Source: an uncultured Ectothiorhodospiraceae bacterium
GTDB taxonomy: Bacteria > Pseudomonadota > Gammaproteobacteria > JAABTG01
Reading direction: 5' to 3'
Assembly: GCA_937867305.1 (NCBI GenBank)
Contig: CALMKJ010000156.1
Span: 12,011-76,010 of the forward strand
Length of the DNA: 64,000 nt
A program made the translations under genes and the position numbers. This document shows positions 28,168-36,035 of the stretch, in pieces. A model generated the notes under the pieces. The model did no database searches and was not told the DNA's origin. It was given only the letters and a program-made list of their open reading frames with translations. Numbering within the stretch: the first letter of the stretch is position 1; the number at the start of each line of letters is the position of its first letter.

Positions 28168-28515
28168 ATGGATGACGAGCACCGCAGCCCCGGGCAAGAC
28201 CCGGTGACGACCGAGCGTGTCCTCGTGTTCCGGCTGGTGGCCGGGCCGGACGGACGTACCCCGCCACCGATCTACGTCGACCAGTTGGGGGCGTTGATCA
28301 ACCGCACCCATCCTGGGGTGCCGTTGGAGGTGCTCGGGTTCTCGACCAGGTTCGACAAGCTGACGGCCGACGTCGAGTTCGACGACGTGTGGCGTGACCC
28401 GGAGACCGCGGTCGGCAAGTACGCGGTCCTGCTGTTCCCCGGCATGGTCGTACGCACGTCGATCCATGTGACCGGGGCGGCGTCCGGGTTGACTGCCTAC
28501 CACCCGGCCCGATGA
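28168..28515 (+). CDS. hypothetical protein (115 aa)
   Basis: ATG 9 nt after class-1 motif (GGTGCACG-N12-CCCGCACACAG). Confidence 0.45.
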   Translation: MDDEHRSPGQDPVTTERVLVFRLVAGPDGRTPPPIYVDQLGALINRTHPGVPLEVLGFSTRFDKLTADVEFDDVWRDPETAVGKYAVLLFPGMVVRTSIHVTGAASGLTAYHPAR

Positions 28516-28548
28516 GCACAACGGACCGCAGCCGCACACCGTCACGAC

Positions 28549-29031
28549 ATGACGACCTCCCACACCGAAGCAGCCAGCAAGCAGCCCCGTCATTGCGACG
28601 GCCGGTTCAGTTCGTTCGCCTCACCGGAAGGCGACGCGAAGCTGGATGCCGTCCCGGTGTCGCCGTCGCGTGAGTTGGAGGGTCGGTGGTCGGCCAACCC
28701 GCGTCCCGCCGACGCGGACCCGATCACGGTCCCGTGTGCCCCGACGATCGCCCTGGTCGACGACGAGACGGCTGTGTGCCCGTTGTGCCGCGGCTCGAAA
28801 GTCACCTCGACGGCGTGGGAGCTCGACGGCGGTGAGGTCTGCTACCTGTGCGCGGGTACCGGGGTTGTGCCGGTTGTCATGGCCCGCCGGTTCGTCGCCG
28901 ACGTACACCGCACGTTCGGCCCGTTGGAGAACGGCCCCGACTTCGAGCAGATGTCCGACGACCGGGTCGAGCACCTGTACGGGCACCGGGCCGAGGTCGC
29001 GGAGTGGGCTGGGGACGACAACCCGGTGTGA
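28549..29031 (+). CDS. hypothetical zinc-ribbon protein (160 aa; CPLC...CYLC)
   Basis: Track ORF; class-1 motif CCGCACACC 9 nt upstream. Confidence 0.45.
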   Translation: MTTSHTEAASKQPRHCDGRFSSFASPEGDAKLDAVPVSPSRELEGRWSANPRPADADPITVPCAPTIALVDDETAVCPLCRGSKVTSTAWELDGGEVCYLCAGTGVVPVVMARRFVADVHRTFGPLENGPDFEQMSDDRVEHLYGHRAEVAEWAGDDNPV

Positions 29032-29143
29032 CTGGCGGGTCCGGCTACGCTGAGCATCGAAGCCCTGGGGTAACCCGAGCACCCCGGGGCTTCGCCATGC
29101 CCGGACGGTGCACGGGACGTCCGGCCCCGCACACAGACACGGC

Positions 29144-29482
29144 ATGACCACTTCTTCTGAGACGTACACGATCACCACCGTCAGCGGCCGGACCCGGGTG
29201 ATCCCGGACCGGCTCATCGACCAGGTCGTCGGCCTGGACGATGAGGGCCGCATCGTCGTCGACACGCACGGCTACCTCAACGACACGTCGAACAGCGCGT
29301 TCCTGTTCGGGCTCACCATGTGCTGCGACGCCTTCGACAAGGGCGTCGAAGACGCCGTCGTGTGCCGGGGCTGCTACTCCACCGACGACACCGGCAACTA
29401 CCTGTGGTTCAACGGCCACGAGTTCGACGGCCTCGACCCGATCTCCGCCGACCCGCACCCGACGCCGCAGGAACTGCGGTGA
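29144..29482 (+). CDS. hypothetical protein (112 aa)
   Basis: Internal ATG of track ORF 29108..29482, 9 nt after a full class-1 motif. Confidence 0.45.
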   Translation: MTTSSETYTITTVSGRTRVIPDRLIDQVVGLDDEGRIVVDTHGYLNDTSNSAFLFGLTMCCDAFDKGVEDAVVCRGCYSTDDTGNYLWFNGHEFDGLDPISADPHPTPQELR

Positions 29483-29496
29483 CCGGGCCTCGTCAG

Positions 29497-29597
29497 GTGC
29501 GAACGCAAACCGGCGCAAACAACTCACCGGGCGGAACCACGCCTGCGGGGCCGCGAACCCGCCGCCGAACGCAAACCGGCGCACACAACTCGACGAC
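29497..29597. repeat. two direct repeats GAACGCAAACCGGCGCA(A/C)ACAACTC spaced about 68 bp apart (third partial copy near 29795)
   Basis: Seen directly in sequence; lies between the 29144 and 29904 genes. Confidence 0.35.
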
Positions 29598-29903
29598 GAG
29601 GACCCGGCCCGGCACGACCGGCACGTGTTCACCGCCACCGCCCTGCTGACCAACCTGCGCGCCGACATGGCCGGCCGGCCCGGGATGCCCCTGTTCAGTC
29701 CTGACGCGCAGGCACGGCTGTCGACCGAAGCTCTCGCTCACGCGGTCCTCGCGCTCGACTCGACCCTCACCCGGTTGCTCGACCAGCACCCCGCCGCACG
29801 CAAACCGTCGCAAACTGAACAGTCCAGGACCCGCACCGCATCCGAAGGTAAAGATTGAGCCCCAGCCCGATCAGGGCACCCGTTCCCCGCACACCGACAC
29901 GAC

Positions 29904-30116
29904 ATGACCACCCAACACCCGCCGACCATCACCCGCCCCGCCTGGAACCTCACCACGCCACAACCCGACACCGTCGCCACCCGCCCCGTCCGAACCACCA
30001 ACCCGGTGCACGCCACCCCGCTGCCCGTCCTCGTCGACCGGCACTTCGCGTCACCGCGTCCCCGGCACTGCACCACCCACCAGGAGCTCACCAGGGCACC
30101 CGCCCTCACCCGTTGA
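29904..30116 (+). CDS. hypothetical small Pro/Thr-rich protein (70 aa)
   Basis: Track ORF; ATG 9 nt after class-1 motif CCCCGCACACC; low-complexity, so confidence is low. Confidence 0.3.
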   Translation: MTTQHPPTITRPAWNLTTPQPDTVATRPVRTTNPVHATPLPVLVDRHFASPRPRHCTTHQELTRAPALTR

Positions 30117-30184
30117 GCCGACAGGCTCCCCTCCCACCGGGCGACAGCCCGGACCCGACCCGACAGGGCATCTAAATAAGCTCG

Positions 30185-30365
30185 CTGGCGCTCGCTTGCG
30201 TGGCGGGTTGCGGCGTTGTGCGGCTGGTCGTTTCGTGGCTCGGCGTGTTCGTGGCGTTGCTTCGTGGTGGGGCGGTTCGTCTGGCTTGTTGTTTCTGGGT
30301 TCTTGTCGTTGTCTGTGCGGTGCTTGGTGACTTCTGAGGTTGGTGTGTTCACAGTGACCCCCGTG
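30185..30365 (+). repeat. GT-rich, A-poor noncoding tract with about 6 tandem degenerate repeats ((G)TTCGTGG(C/T)G-like, 13-15 nt period) upstream of an FtsK-like gene; candidate cis-acting transfer or binding locus
   Basis: Strong strand-compositional skew (almost no A; G and T dominate). Repeats cgtttcgtggctcg / gtgttcgtggcgt / gcttcgtggtgg / ggttcgtctggc / gttgtttctggg, flanked by two GAACGTTC palindromes (about 30378 and about 30505). Confidence 0.4.
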
Positions 30366-30544
30366 GGCCCCGTTTCGGTATCCGTTGAACGTTCCGTCAC
30401 CGGTTCGGGCCCTCATCGACCCCTGATCGCCCGGAGGGCGAAGTGTTGCGGGGGCGGGGGCGAGGTGTTGTGCGGGGTTCAGTCCGGGTGAACTGTCCGG
30501 TTATCGAACGTTCCGGGGTGCTGTTCGGCGCGTGTCGGTTGCGC

Positions 30545-33109
30545 ATGGTGTCGGGCATGAGGATCCCTGACCCGACGGTGTACGCGTTGACTCGTGTGAC
30601 GGGTCCGAACACGTTGCCGGCGACGATCGACCAGCGTGCGAACGCGTTCGCGACGACGACTGAGGACTGTGCGTGGGCGTCGTTGTGGATGACTCGTGAC
30701 GAGTCGGGGGTGCGCACGTACCTGGTGTTGGACGGCCCGGAAGGGAGCGTGTCGTCGGCGTCGGTGTCGTTGGCTCACGCGGTGGGTGCTCGTGCGGAGG
30801 TGGTGGAGTCGTTCCCGTCGCATCTGGCGCAGACTCCGGGGTTGGCCCGGATGGTGGTTCATGAGACTCGTTCGGTTGCGCGGCAGCCGATGGTGGGGAC
30901 GGATCCGGCGGAGATCGCACGCATCATGGCGGTGCATCTGCGGGTGGGCGACTGGGTGGGTGTGAGTGTTCGCCGTCCGACGGACAAGGAGTCGGTGCGC
31001 AACCAGGACTGGATCCAGCACCGGTTGACGGTGCAGGTGGGTGCGCACCAGTCGCAGTCGCGTGACGCACGCACCGTGTCGTTCTGGGCGGGGTCGTCGA
31101 GTAACCGTGCGGCCCGGTCGTTGTTGGCGCGAGCTGCGTCGGCGATGCAGGGGTTCGACTTGCAGGTGAAGGCGGAGTCGGTGACGCCGTGGGCGGGTGC
31201 GCGGGGTTGGTTGGTTGCGTCGTTGGCGGGTGTCGCGGTGTCGGTGGGGGCGGTGTTCGTGCCGAACGTTCCGTCGTCGGTGGCGTGGGGGTCGGTTGCC
31301 GCGGCGGCGGCCTTGGCCTTGGTCGGGGTGTTGCGTCTGGTGGGGGTGTTGTCGTGCCCGTCGTCGGTGGCACGGGACTTGGTGTCGGTCGGGGTGTTGC
31401 CGGTTCCGCCGAAGCGTCGTGGCCGGCCTGCTCCTCCTCGGGAGGCGGAGACGAGGCGGGACGGGAAGAAGGTTGCGGAGCGCCCTGGCGACTACCCGTT
31501 GCATCGCGCGGCGTTTCTGGTGCAACCGTCGATCTTCGTCGGGTTGGCGTCTCCGCATGCGGGGACGGATGCGGGTGCGGCGTCGGCTCAGCGTCGTTCG
31601 GTGCCGATCCCGATGACGGGCCGGATCGGTCCGTTGGTCGGGTTCGACGGGGACACACCCGCGTACTTGTCGAACACGGCGTCGTACGCGGGAGTGGCGG
31701 TGGTGGGTCGTCCGGGGTCGGGCAAGTCGGTGTTGGTGCGGTCGTTGTTCGGGTGGGCGTGCATGGAGCGGGTGCACCCGTCGGGGTTGCCGTCGGCACC
31801 GGGGGCGAACAACACGCTGATCGCGTTCGAGTCGAAGGACCATCACGCGGTGGAGGCGTACCGGGCGTGGTCCGCCGCGGCCGGTGACAAGCTGCTGGTG
31901 GTCGAGCTGGGAGACCCGGCGGCGTACGGGATCGACTTGTTCGCGACGCCTGGTTCGGTTGCGCAGCGGGCTGAGGCGTTCGTGAACGCGATGGTGTACG
32001 CGTTCGGTGACGGTGACATCCAGAACCGTTCGTTCGACGTGTTGAAGCGGATCTACACGGGTGCGTTGGCGTTGGACGAGCACCGGGACGTGTTGGACGG
32101 GGTGCCGTGGATCGACGGCGCGTCAGCGAGCGTGAACCATTTCGCGGATGTGCTGATCGGCAACCACGGCGACCCGCGGGCGGTCCAGTTGGCCCAGGAG
32201 GTGATGACCCGGTCTCGGGTTCCGGAGACGTGGTCTCCGAGTTTGGCGTTGGCTGCGGAGGCGCTGGCGTACTTGTTCGAGTCGCGGACCGAGGCGCAGC
32301 GCCGGTCGTTGGTGGAGGCGGCGCAGAACAAGGTGTCCCAGTTCGCGGCGTTGGAGCACTGGTGGGCTCCGACGAAACGGAAGGTGACGTGGGACCAGGT
32401 CTTGTCGACGACGCCGGGGCAGCGGGCTGTGGTGATCAACACGGGTGCGTCGGCGTCGGGCCCGCCGGTCGAGGACCGGTTGACCGAGCTGATGAGTGCC
32501 TTGGTCATGTTCACGTTGCAGCAGGCGATCCGCCGGTTGTGTGCCGGGTGGGAGGACGAGGGCCGGTCGGTGTCGATCTTCTCTGACGAGCTGAGCTTGT
32601 TGGCGGGCACGTCGGAGAAGGTGATCGCGTGGTTGAAGGAGCAGGGTCGGGCGTTCGGGGTGCGCCCGGTGTTGGCGACTCAGCGTCCCGCCCAGTTGCC
32701 GCCGAAGGTGCGGACGGTGATCTTGAACTTCGGCACCCTGATCTGCTTCAACCAGGATTCGGTCACGACGGCCGAGGAGGTGTCGCGTGAGATGTTCGGG
32801 GCCGACGGCCCGATCGAGGCAGCCGAGATCATGCACTTGCCGGACTACCACGCGATGGTGCGTGCGTATGTGGGGAAGGAACGGCAGCCGGCGTTCACGA
32901 TGAAGGCGGGCAACTTCGAGGCGGATCGTGCCGCGGCTGTGGAGTCGCAGGGGTACTCGGTACCGAACACGGTTCCTGGCGTGTCGCCGTTGCCTGTTCC
33001 GGCACCACCGGCACCGGTCGCGGACCCTGTTCCGGTGGTGCCGTTGGACCCGGCTGATGCTGAGGTGGACGCGAACTGTTACGGCGACCTGGACGGCGAC
33101 GGCCGGTGA
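30545..33109 (+). CDS. FtsK/SpoIIIE-family ATPase with two TM helices (coupling-protein/TraB-like), 855 aa
   Basis: Walker A VAVVGRPGSGKSVLVRSL; Walker B-like VSIFSDELSLLAG; a TM pair (WLVASLAGVAVSVGAVFV / AAALALVGVLRLVGVL) precedes the ATPase. The start ATG lies inside a class-3 motif TTGCGCATGGTGTCGGGCATG. Confidence 0.6.
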   Translation: MVSGMRIPDPTVYALTRVTGPNTLPATIDQRANAFATTTEDCAWASLWMTRDESGVRTYLVLDGPEGSVSSASVSLAHAVGARAEVVESFPSHLAQTPGLARMVVHETRSVARQPMVGTDPAEIARIMAVHLRVGDWVGVSVRRPTDKESVRNQDWIQHRLTVQVGAHQSQSRDARTVSFWAGSSSNRAARSLLARAASAMQGFDLQVKAESVTPWAGARGWLVASLAGVAVSVGAVFVPNVPSSVAWGSVAAAAALALVGVLRLVGVLSCPSSVARDLVSVGVLPVPPKRRGRPAPPREAETRRDGKKVAERPGDYPLHRAAFLVQPSIFVGLASPHAGTDAGAASAQRRSVPIPMTGRIGPLVGFDGDTPAYLSNTASYAGVAVVGRPGSGKSVLVRSLFGWACMERVHPSGLPSAPGANNTLIAFESKDHHAVEAYRAWSAAAGDKLLVVELGDPAAYGIDLFATPGSVAQRAEAFVNAMVYAFGDGDIQNRSFDVLKRIYTGALALDEHRDVLDGVPWIDGASASVNHFADVLIGNHGDPRAVQLAQEVMTRSRVPETWSPSLALAAEALAYLFESRTEAQRRSLVEAAQNKVSQFAALEHWWAPTKRKVTWDQVLSTTPGQRAVVINTGASASGPPVEDRLTELMSALVMFTLQQAIRRLCAGWEDEGRSVSIFSDELSLLAGTSEKVIAWLKEQGRAFGVRPVLATQRPAQLPPKVRTVILNFGTLICFNQDSVTTAEEVSREMFGADGPIEAAEIMHLPDYHAMVRAYVGKERQPAFTMKAGNFEADRAAAVESQGYSVPNTVPGVSPLPVPAPPAPVADPVPVVPLDPADAEVDANCYGDLDGDGR

Positions 33110-34671
33110 ACGGTCAGCCGCAGGTGGTGCGCCGGCGCCCGTCGACCCCGGCCCCTGAACCGGTCCTGGCCCCCGCCCCGCCGGCACCGGTGCCTCCTCC
33201 CCCACCTGTTCCTGCCGCGGCTGCGGTCCGGGCACCAGTGGCGACGTCGAAACGGCCGGGCGTGTTCGAGCGGGTCACCCCGCCGGAGCGTCTGGTTCCG
33301 CCGGTTGACGCGTGGCGTCTGGCGGAGTTGCGGTCGGCGTGCGGGGATGAGGCGTTGGCGGCTCCGGCCCGGTTCGACCCGTACTGGGGCGGCATGTGGT
33401 CGGGTGGGTCGTCGGCGACGTGGGTCTCACACGGGTTGGCACGGTTGCAGCACGCGTCCGGGTTGGGGGCGTTCCCGGACGAGATGGTCGCGGACCGGGG
33501 CGAGGCGTTGGACCGGTTCATGCACCAGGCGTCGAAGTCGACGTACACGTTGAACGACCGGTTGTCGTTCCTGGGTGTGGTGCACGGGTGGCGCACGTGT
33601 AACGCCCAGCAGGTGGCGGCGATGATCGGGAACGCGTCGTTGGCGAAACCGACGAGCAAGGTGGCGACGGCGGCGTTCGCGTCCGGTCTGGTGGATCTGG
33701 CGGCCCCGTCGTTGTTGCGCCGCGGTCCGGTGTTCGGTCCGGAGTCGTTGTACCGACCGGGTCGGGTGGAGGCGTTCGAGTCGTTGAACGAACGGTTGAC
33801 GTGGGCGGAGTGGTTGTCGGTGACGGGTGGCCAGGCGTGGACGTCGGGCGGTCAGTTCGACCGGCACAACCTGTTGGCGACCGAGCTGGGTCTGCGGTTG
33901 GCCGAGTACACGGAGGTGGGCACCGTGTTGGGGGAACGGTTCTCCACGGTGGACTTGCTGACGGGGTCGGGGGTGGGCCGCGCCGAGGTCCGTGGCGACC
34001 GGCGTACCGCGGACATGGTGGTGGTGCGCGGCGACGGGATGCGGGTTGCGGTCGAGGTGACGGCGACGGTGTCCCCGTACTTCGACTCGAAGGTGGAACG
34101 GTGGGCCCGGTTGTTGGCGGAGTCCCCGTTCCCGGCGACCGGGTTGACGGTGGTGTTCCTGGTGGCTCAACCGGTCGATGACGTGGACGCGACCCGGTTG
34201 CGGTCGAAGACGTACCAGGCGGTGATGCGGGCGGTGCGCAAGCACCCTGGCGTGTCGGTGGACCCGACGGCGTTGCGGATCGGGGTGGCGACGTGGCGGG
34301 AATGGTTCCCGTCGGCGCACACCGCGTCGGAGGCGTTCTTGACGTTGCGGGCTCACCGCCCGGTCGACGGGTGGTCGGACGCGGACTTCCTGGACCCTGG
34401 GTCGGTTCCGTTCGCTGCCGCCGACCCGGCGTTGATGAGGGCCGTGTTCGACAACGCGTCGATGCTGGGTCAGACACCGTATTGGTTGCGTGAGCCGTCT
34501 CGGGCCCCGTCGTTGGCGCCGGAGCTGTTGGCTGCGAACGGGTTGGCTGCGGTGCCGGCGTTCCATGCGGGCCCGGACCCGGCGACTGGTCCGGTGGTGG
34601 ACACGACGGCGAGCCGCGGCGTGACGCCTGCACCGCGGTTGCCGAAACGGCTGCTCGGGTTGTCCGGGTGA
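33106..34671 (+). CDS. hypothetical protein with Pro-rich N-terminus (521 aa)
   Basis: GTGA overlap with the upstream stop; track ORF with normal composition after a Pro-rich leader. Confidence 0.45.
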   Translation: MNGQPQVVRRRPSTPAPEPVLAPAPPAPVPPPPPVPAAAAVRAPVATSKRPGVFERVTPPERLVPPVDAWRLAELRSACGDEALAAPARFDPYWGGMWSGGSSATWVSHGLARLQHASGLGAFPDEMVADRGEALDRFMHQASKSTYTLNDRLSFLGVVHGWRTCNAQQVAAMIGNASLAKPTSKVATAAFASGLVDLAAPSLLRRGPVFGPESLYRPGRVEAFESLNERLTWAEWLSVTGGQAWTSGGQFDRHNLLATELGLRLAEYTEVGTVLGERFSTVDLLTGSGVGRAEVRGDRRTADMVVVRGDGMRVAVEVTATVSPYFDSKVERWARLLAESPFPATGLTVVFLVAQPVDDVDATRLRSKTYQAVMRAVRKHPGVSVDPTALRIGVATWREWFPSAHTASEAFLTLRAHRPVDGWSDADFLDPGSVPFAAADPALMRAVFDNASMLGQTPYWLREPSRAPSLAPELLAANGLAAVPAFHAGPDPATGPVVDTTASRGVTPAPRLPKRLLGLSG

Positions 34672-35177
34672 ACGTCCGTCAGGCCCGGCCGGGCGAGTTC
34701 CCTGCCGGGGTGCAGGTGGCGGTGGCGGCGAAACGTGCGACGGGTGTGCCGTTCGACGTCGACGAGGCCACGTTGCGGGTCGCGTTGCCGGCCCGGCAGG
34801 CGGCTGCGAACCGGGTGTGGTTGGCGTTCGACGACGGTGTGGTCATCGGGCACGCGCTGGTCGCGGTGATGACCGACGATGACCCGACGTGGGGTCCGGT
34901 GACCGACCCGGCGGTGGTGTCGGCCCGCCGAAGCGGCCGGTTGTTGGAGTTGGGCGCGTTGTCGGTGCACCCGGACCATCACCGTCGCGGGGTGGCGCGC
35001 GAACTGCAACGGGTGCGCCTGTTGTGGGCCGACCGGCACGGGCTCGTCCCGGTCGCCGCGGCGTGGGACGACTCGCCTGGTTCGACTGAGCTCTGCCGGC
35101 AGGCCGGCAGACCGGTCGGTGTTCACCCGCGGTACCCGATCACGTTGTTCGTGCTGGACCGGCGTACGGCTGCCTGA
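34668..35177 (+). CDS. GNAT-family N-acetyltransferase
   Basis: LLELGALSVHPDHHRRGVARELQ (acetyl-CoA-binding motif A, R/Q-x-x-G-x-A); GTGA coupling. Confidence 0.45.
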   Translation: MNVRQARPGEFPAGVQVAVAAKRATGVPFDVDEATLRVALPARQAAANRVWLAFDDGVVIGHALVAVMTDDDPTWGPVTDPAVVSARRSGRLLELGALSVHPDHHRRGVARELQRVRLLWADRHGLVPVAAAWDDSPGSTELCRQAGRPVGVHPRYPITLFVLDRRTAA

Positions 35178-35207
35178 CACCGGCTCCCCTGCACCCGGTG
35201 TTTGCGC

Positions 35208-35387
35208 ATGGTGCCGGGCATGGAGAACAACAGCCCCGCCGGGTTCCGGTCACGCCTGCTCTCGGACATCACGCGCGAAGAGGAAGACCTGCAGGACTGG
35301 TTCCGTAGCCCGCAGGGCCAGATCGTGTTGGGTCTGGCTGGCATCGTGTTCATCCTGGTCGCGTTGTGGCGGGGGTTCTTCGGATGA
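35208..35387 (+). CDS. small membrane protein (about 59 aa)
   Basis: Start inside class-3 motif (TTTGCGCATGGTGCCGGGCATG); single TM helix IVLGLAGIVFILVALW. Confidence 0.35.
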   Translation: MVPGMENNSPAGFRSRLLSDITREEEDLQDWFRSPQGQIVLGLAGIVFILVALWRGFFG

Positions 35388-36019
35388 GGACCCGGTCCGA
35401 GACCGGTCGGGTGTTGGGCACCCCTGGTGGTTCGTTGTCGAACCCGGACTGGTTGGGTGCGTCCGCTCGAGGGGCGGCCCGGGTGGGCCAGGCCGGTGAG
35501 GTGCGGACCGCGGCTGTCTTGGACGAGTTCGCCCGTGGTGGGTCGGTCACGGTGCTGCACGACCTGATGACCCCGTCGAAGAAGTACAAGGCGAACATCG
35601 ACCACGTCGTCGTGTCCGGTTCGACCGTCTACCCGATCGACTCGAAGGTGTGGAAGCCGGGCCGGTACTGGACGTGGGGTGGCCGGACCCGTCGAGGGTG
35701 GGAGCGGTTCACGCCGGCGGAGAAGAAGACGATGGTGGTGATCACCCAGGCGTTGGAGGCGTACCTGGCTGCCCGGGGCGTGAACGCGGTGGTCGCCGAA
35801 CCGTTGCTGTTCGTGTGGCCGTCGTCGAAACATTCGTCGTTGCGGACTGGGTTGTTGACGGTGCCGGGTGCCCGGGTGGTGCCGGGCCCGAGAGTCCAGG
35901 GAACGGTCTCGAAGCTGTTCGGGAACCGTCTGCGGGGCGGCGGTCAGGCCGCTGACGAACGGGTCGTGGACGCGTTGGTCCCGTTGCTGAACCGTCCTGG
36001 GCCGTCCGTTTTCGGTTGA
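35384..36019 (+). CDS. NERD (nuclease-related domain) protein
   Basis: VLHDLMTPSKKYKANIDHVVVSGSTVYPIDSKVWKPGRYW matches the NERD core (DIDHvvi...GvfvIEtK); ATGA overlap with the upstream stop. Confidence 0.5.
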   Translation: MRTRSETGRVLGTPGGSLSNPDWLGASARGAARVGQAGEVRTAAVLDEFARGGSVTVLHDLMTPSKKYKANIDHVVVSGSTVYPIDSKVWKPGRYWTWGGRTRRGWERFTPAEKKTMVVITQALEAYLAARGVNAVVAEPLLFVWPSSKHSSLRTGLLTVPGARVVPGPRVQGTVSKLFGNRLRGGGQAADERVVDALVPLLNRPGPSVFG

Positions 36020-36035
36020 CCGGCACAGGGAAGGC

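Noticed and set aside
29624-29858. Possible 79-aa gene (GTG start, VFTATALLTNLRADMAGRPGMPLFSPDAQ...)
   Set aside because: It has plausible composition, but no RBS or motif, and it overlaps the direct-repeat region. The evidence is too weak to call.
30216-30491. 91-aa ORF in the GT-rich tract
   Set aside because: The sequence is compositionally extreme (almost no A), and the translation is low-complexity Gly/Val/Cys/Ser. It is more likely a noncoding cis element.
30479-32083. 534-aa and 291-aa minus-strand ORFs inside the 855-aa FtsK-like gene
   Set aside because: Arg/Pro-rich antisense artefacts. The sense frame carries the Walker motifs.
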